DNA of 63,837 nt, the filler included, from Octopus bimaculoides (taxonomy: Eukaryota), in NCBI RefSeq assembly GCF_001194135.2. It is 6 parts of 4 records of this genome, joined end to end, with 100 filler letters (N's around TTAATTAATTAA, not from the genome) between each part and the next. Parts side by side here need not be neighbours in the genome. Positions count along the whole stretch, not along the records: positions 46,846 to 62,554 come from NC_068983.1; positions 62,655 to 63,837 come from NC_068999.1; 4 more parts are not named here. The stretch is one strand, 5' to 3'. Shown here piece by piece: positions 62,488 to 63,837 of the stretch. Below the pieces are notes generated by a model. The model saw nothing but the letters and a program-made list of their open reading frames with translations, was not told the DNA's origin and searched no databases. How positions within the stretch are numbered: position 1 is the stretch's first letter; each line of letters begins with the position of its first letter. The position numbers and the translations under genes are program-made.

Positions 62488-62654
62488 CAACGCAAAAAGT
62501 TAACATTACTTTCCTAAATGCTCATCAGTGCATCATTTCTCAAATACCTTACAANNNNNNNNNNNNNNNNNNNNNNNNNNNNNNNNNNNNNNNNNNNNTT
62601 AATTAATTAANNNNNNNNNNNNNNNNNNNNNNNNNNNNNNNNNNNNNNNNNNNN

Positions 62655-62691
<37 letters not shown>

Positions 62692-63748
62692 GTATATATG
62701 TATGTATATAAAGAAAGGCGTATTTCGACGCTGGAATAATATAGAAGAATTTATTGTTGAAAACCTTGTATTGCATTTGTTTTTAAATAAATTTCGTTAT
62801 ATATATATCAAACTAGTGTCAACAATTATGTTTTCATCAATTATATAAGCGTATGGAATTTGGAAAATTTAAAATCTTGAACGGCAAAACATCTTTAAAC
62901 TATTAAATATTCACAAAATTCAATAATATCTAAAATTATGCGAACAATACAACAAATGTGATGAACATGTTTAAACGATGAAATGTTCACAAAATTGAAC
63001 AATATCGAATATGATAGGCGAAAAATATAAAAAAATGTGGAGCACTAAATTTTAGTCATACTGAGAGAGAAAAAGGAAGAAAGACGGAAGTAAAGAAAAG
63101 ATGTTTTGTTGCAGTTTCTCTTATCTTGGGTTCTTTTTTCCGTTGCGTACAGGTTTTCGCATGTAATGCAGTGTTTTGGAATATAAGTGTGTGAGTGTGT
63201 ATGTGTTTGTATATATATATATGTATATATATATATAAGCCACTAAGTCGATCTCACACATAAGCAACGGAGTAGGTTCACTGATGACGTTTTGTTGTAT
63301 CCGAAATCTTCGCTTGTTGTAGGGAGGGTATCTCCCTTGTCAATGAATAGAAATGTTCTCTTCGTGGCTAAGAATTATTTTGACTCTTATTTCTAGCAAT
63401 GGTGGTGCTAATGTACATTCTTAGTAATATATATATATAAAATTATTTCTTAATTTGTATCTTTCAATACATCTCAACACTTGTAAAAGCAAACTTTGTT
63501 GACTTTCAACGTAAGCTGAATGTAACGTACGATACGTCTTATAAAGGTAGATTTATATATCCCAAAATGGTCCAAGAATGTATCGCTGTGCAGTTTAGAT
63601 TGATGTCAAAGCACTTTAAGCGCAATAACAGGGATGTCCGTTCGAGTCTCATGGATGACCACCGACAGATTTTTCTGCAAATTATGGATATATTATTAGC
63701 ATTATCCTGCGCTTGAAAATGTAATTATTTCCTTATCCTTATCTCTCT

Positions 63749-63759
63749 ATACACACACA

Positions 63760-63797
<38 letters not shown>

Positions 63798-63837
63798 TAC
63801 ATATATATATATACACACACGCACACACACATTCACA
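63749..63837. repeat. (CA)n/(TA)n compound microsatellite (many similar tracts across the window)
   Basis: Direct reading. Similar tracts at 17290, 20750, 21420, 22480, 23750, 29110, 36690 and 62655. Confidence 0.95.

Overview
AT-rich, microsatellite-dense animal genomic DNA. The tRNA-derived and RTE-tailed SINE families and the repeat landscape suggest an octopod cephalopod (Octopus-like); this is an inference from recalled repeat motifs, not a database result. The window is a gapped draft scaffold with five artificial joins (44 N + TTAATTAATTAA + 44 N). About 55 kb is transposon debris: SINEs, R4/Dong-type RLE LINEs (one near full length, plus a tandem stack in (TAA)n tracts), an L1/Tx1 3' end, DD37D (maT) Tc1/mariner fragments, Helitron ends and several MITEs. 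The only host gene I can identify is the 5' part of SLC30A6 (ZnT6) on the + strand, with exons at 59530-59614, 61804-61846 and 61970-62035 and a probable upstream exon at 57733-57785. Almost all listed ORFs are artefacts of microsatellites or N runs. Best leads: (1) a RIP-like CpA->TpA / TpG->TpA signature in repeats, contrasting with CpG depletion in the gene body; (2) a very young 85-bp micro-MITE with perfect 33-bp TIRs and an 8-bp TSD; (3) a minimal hammerhead ribozyme with a covarying sister copy; (4) stacked TAA-targeting retroelements; (5) a CpG/NRF1-type island, a tRNA-Trp half and a candidate antisense exon inside SLC30A6. All alignments, translations and counts were done by eye.
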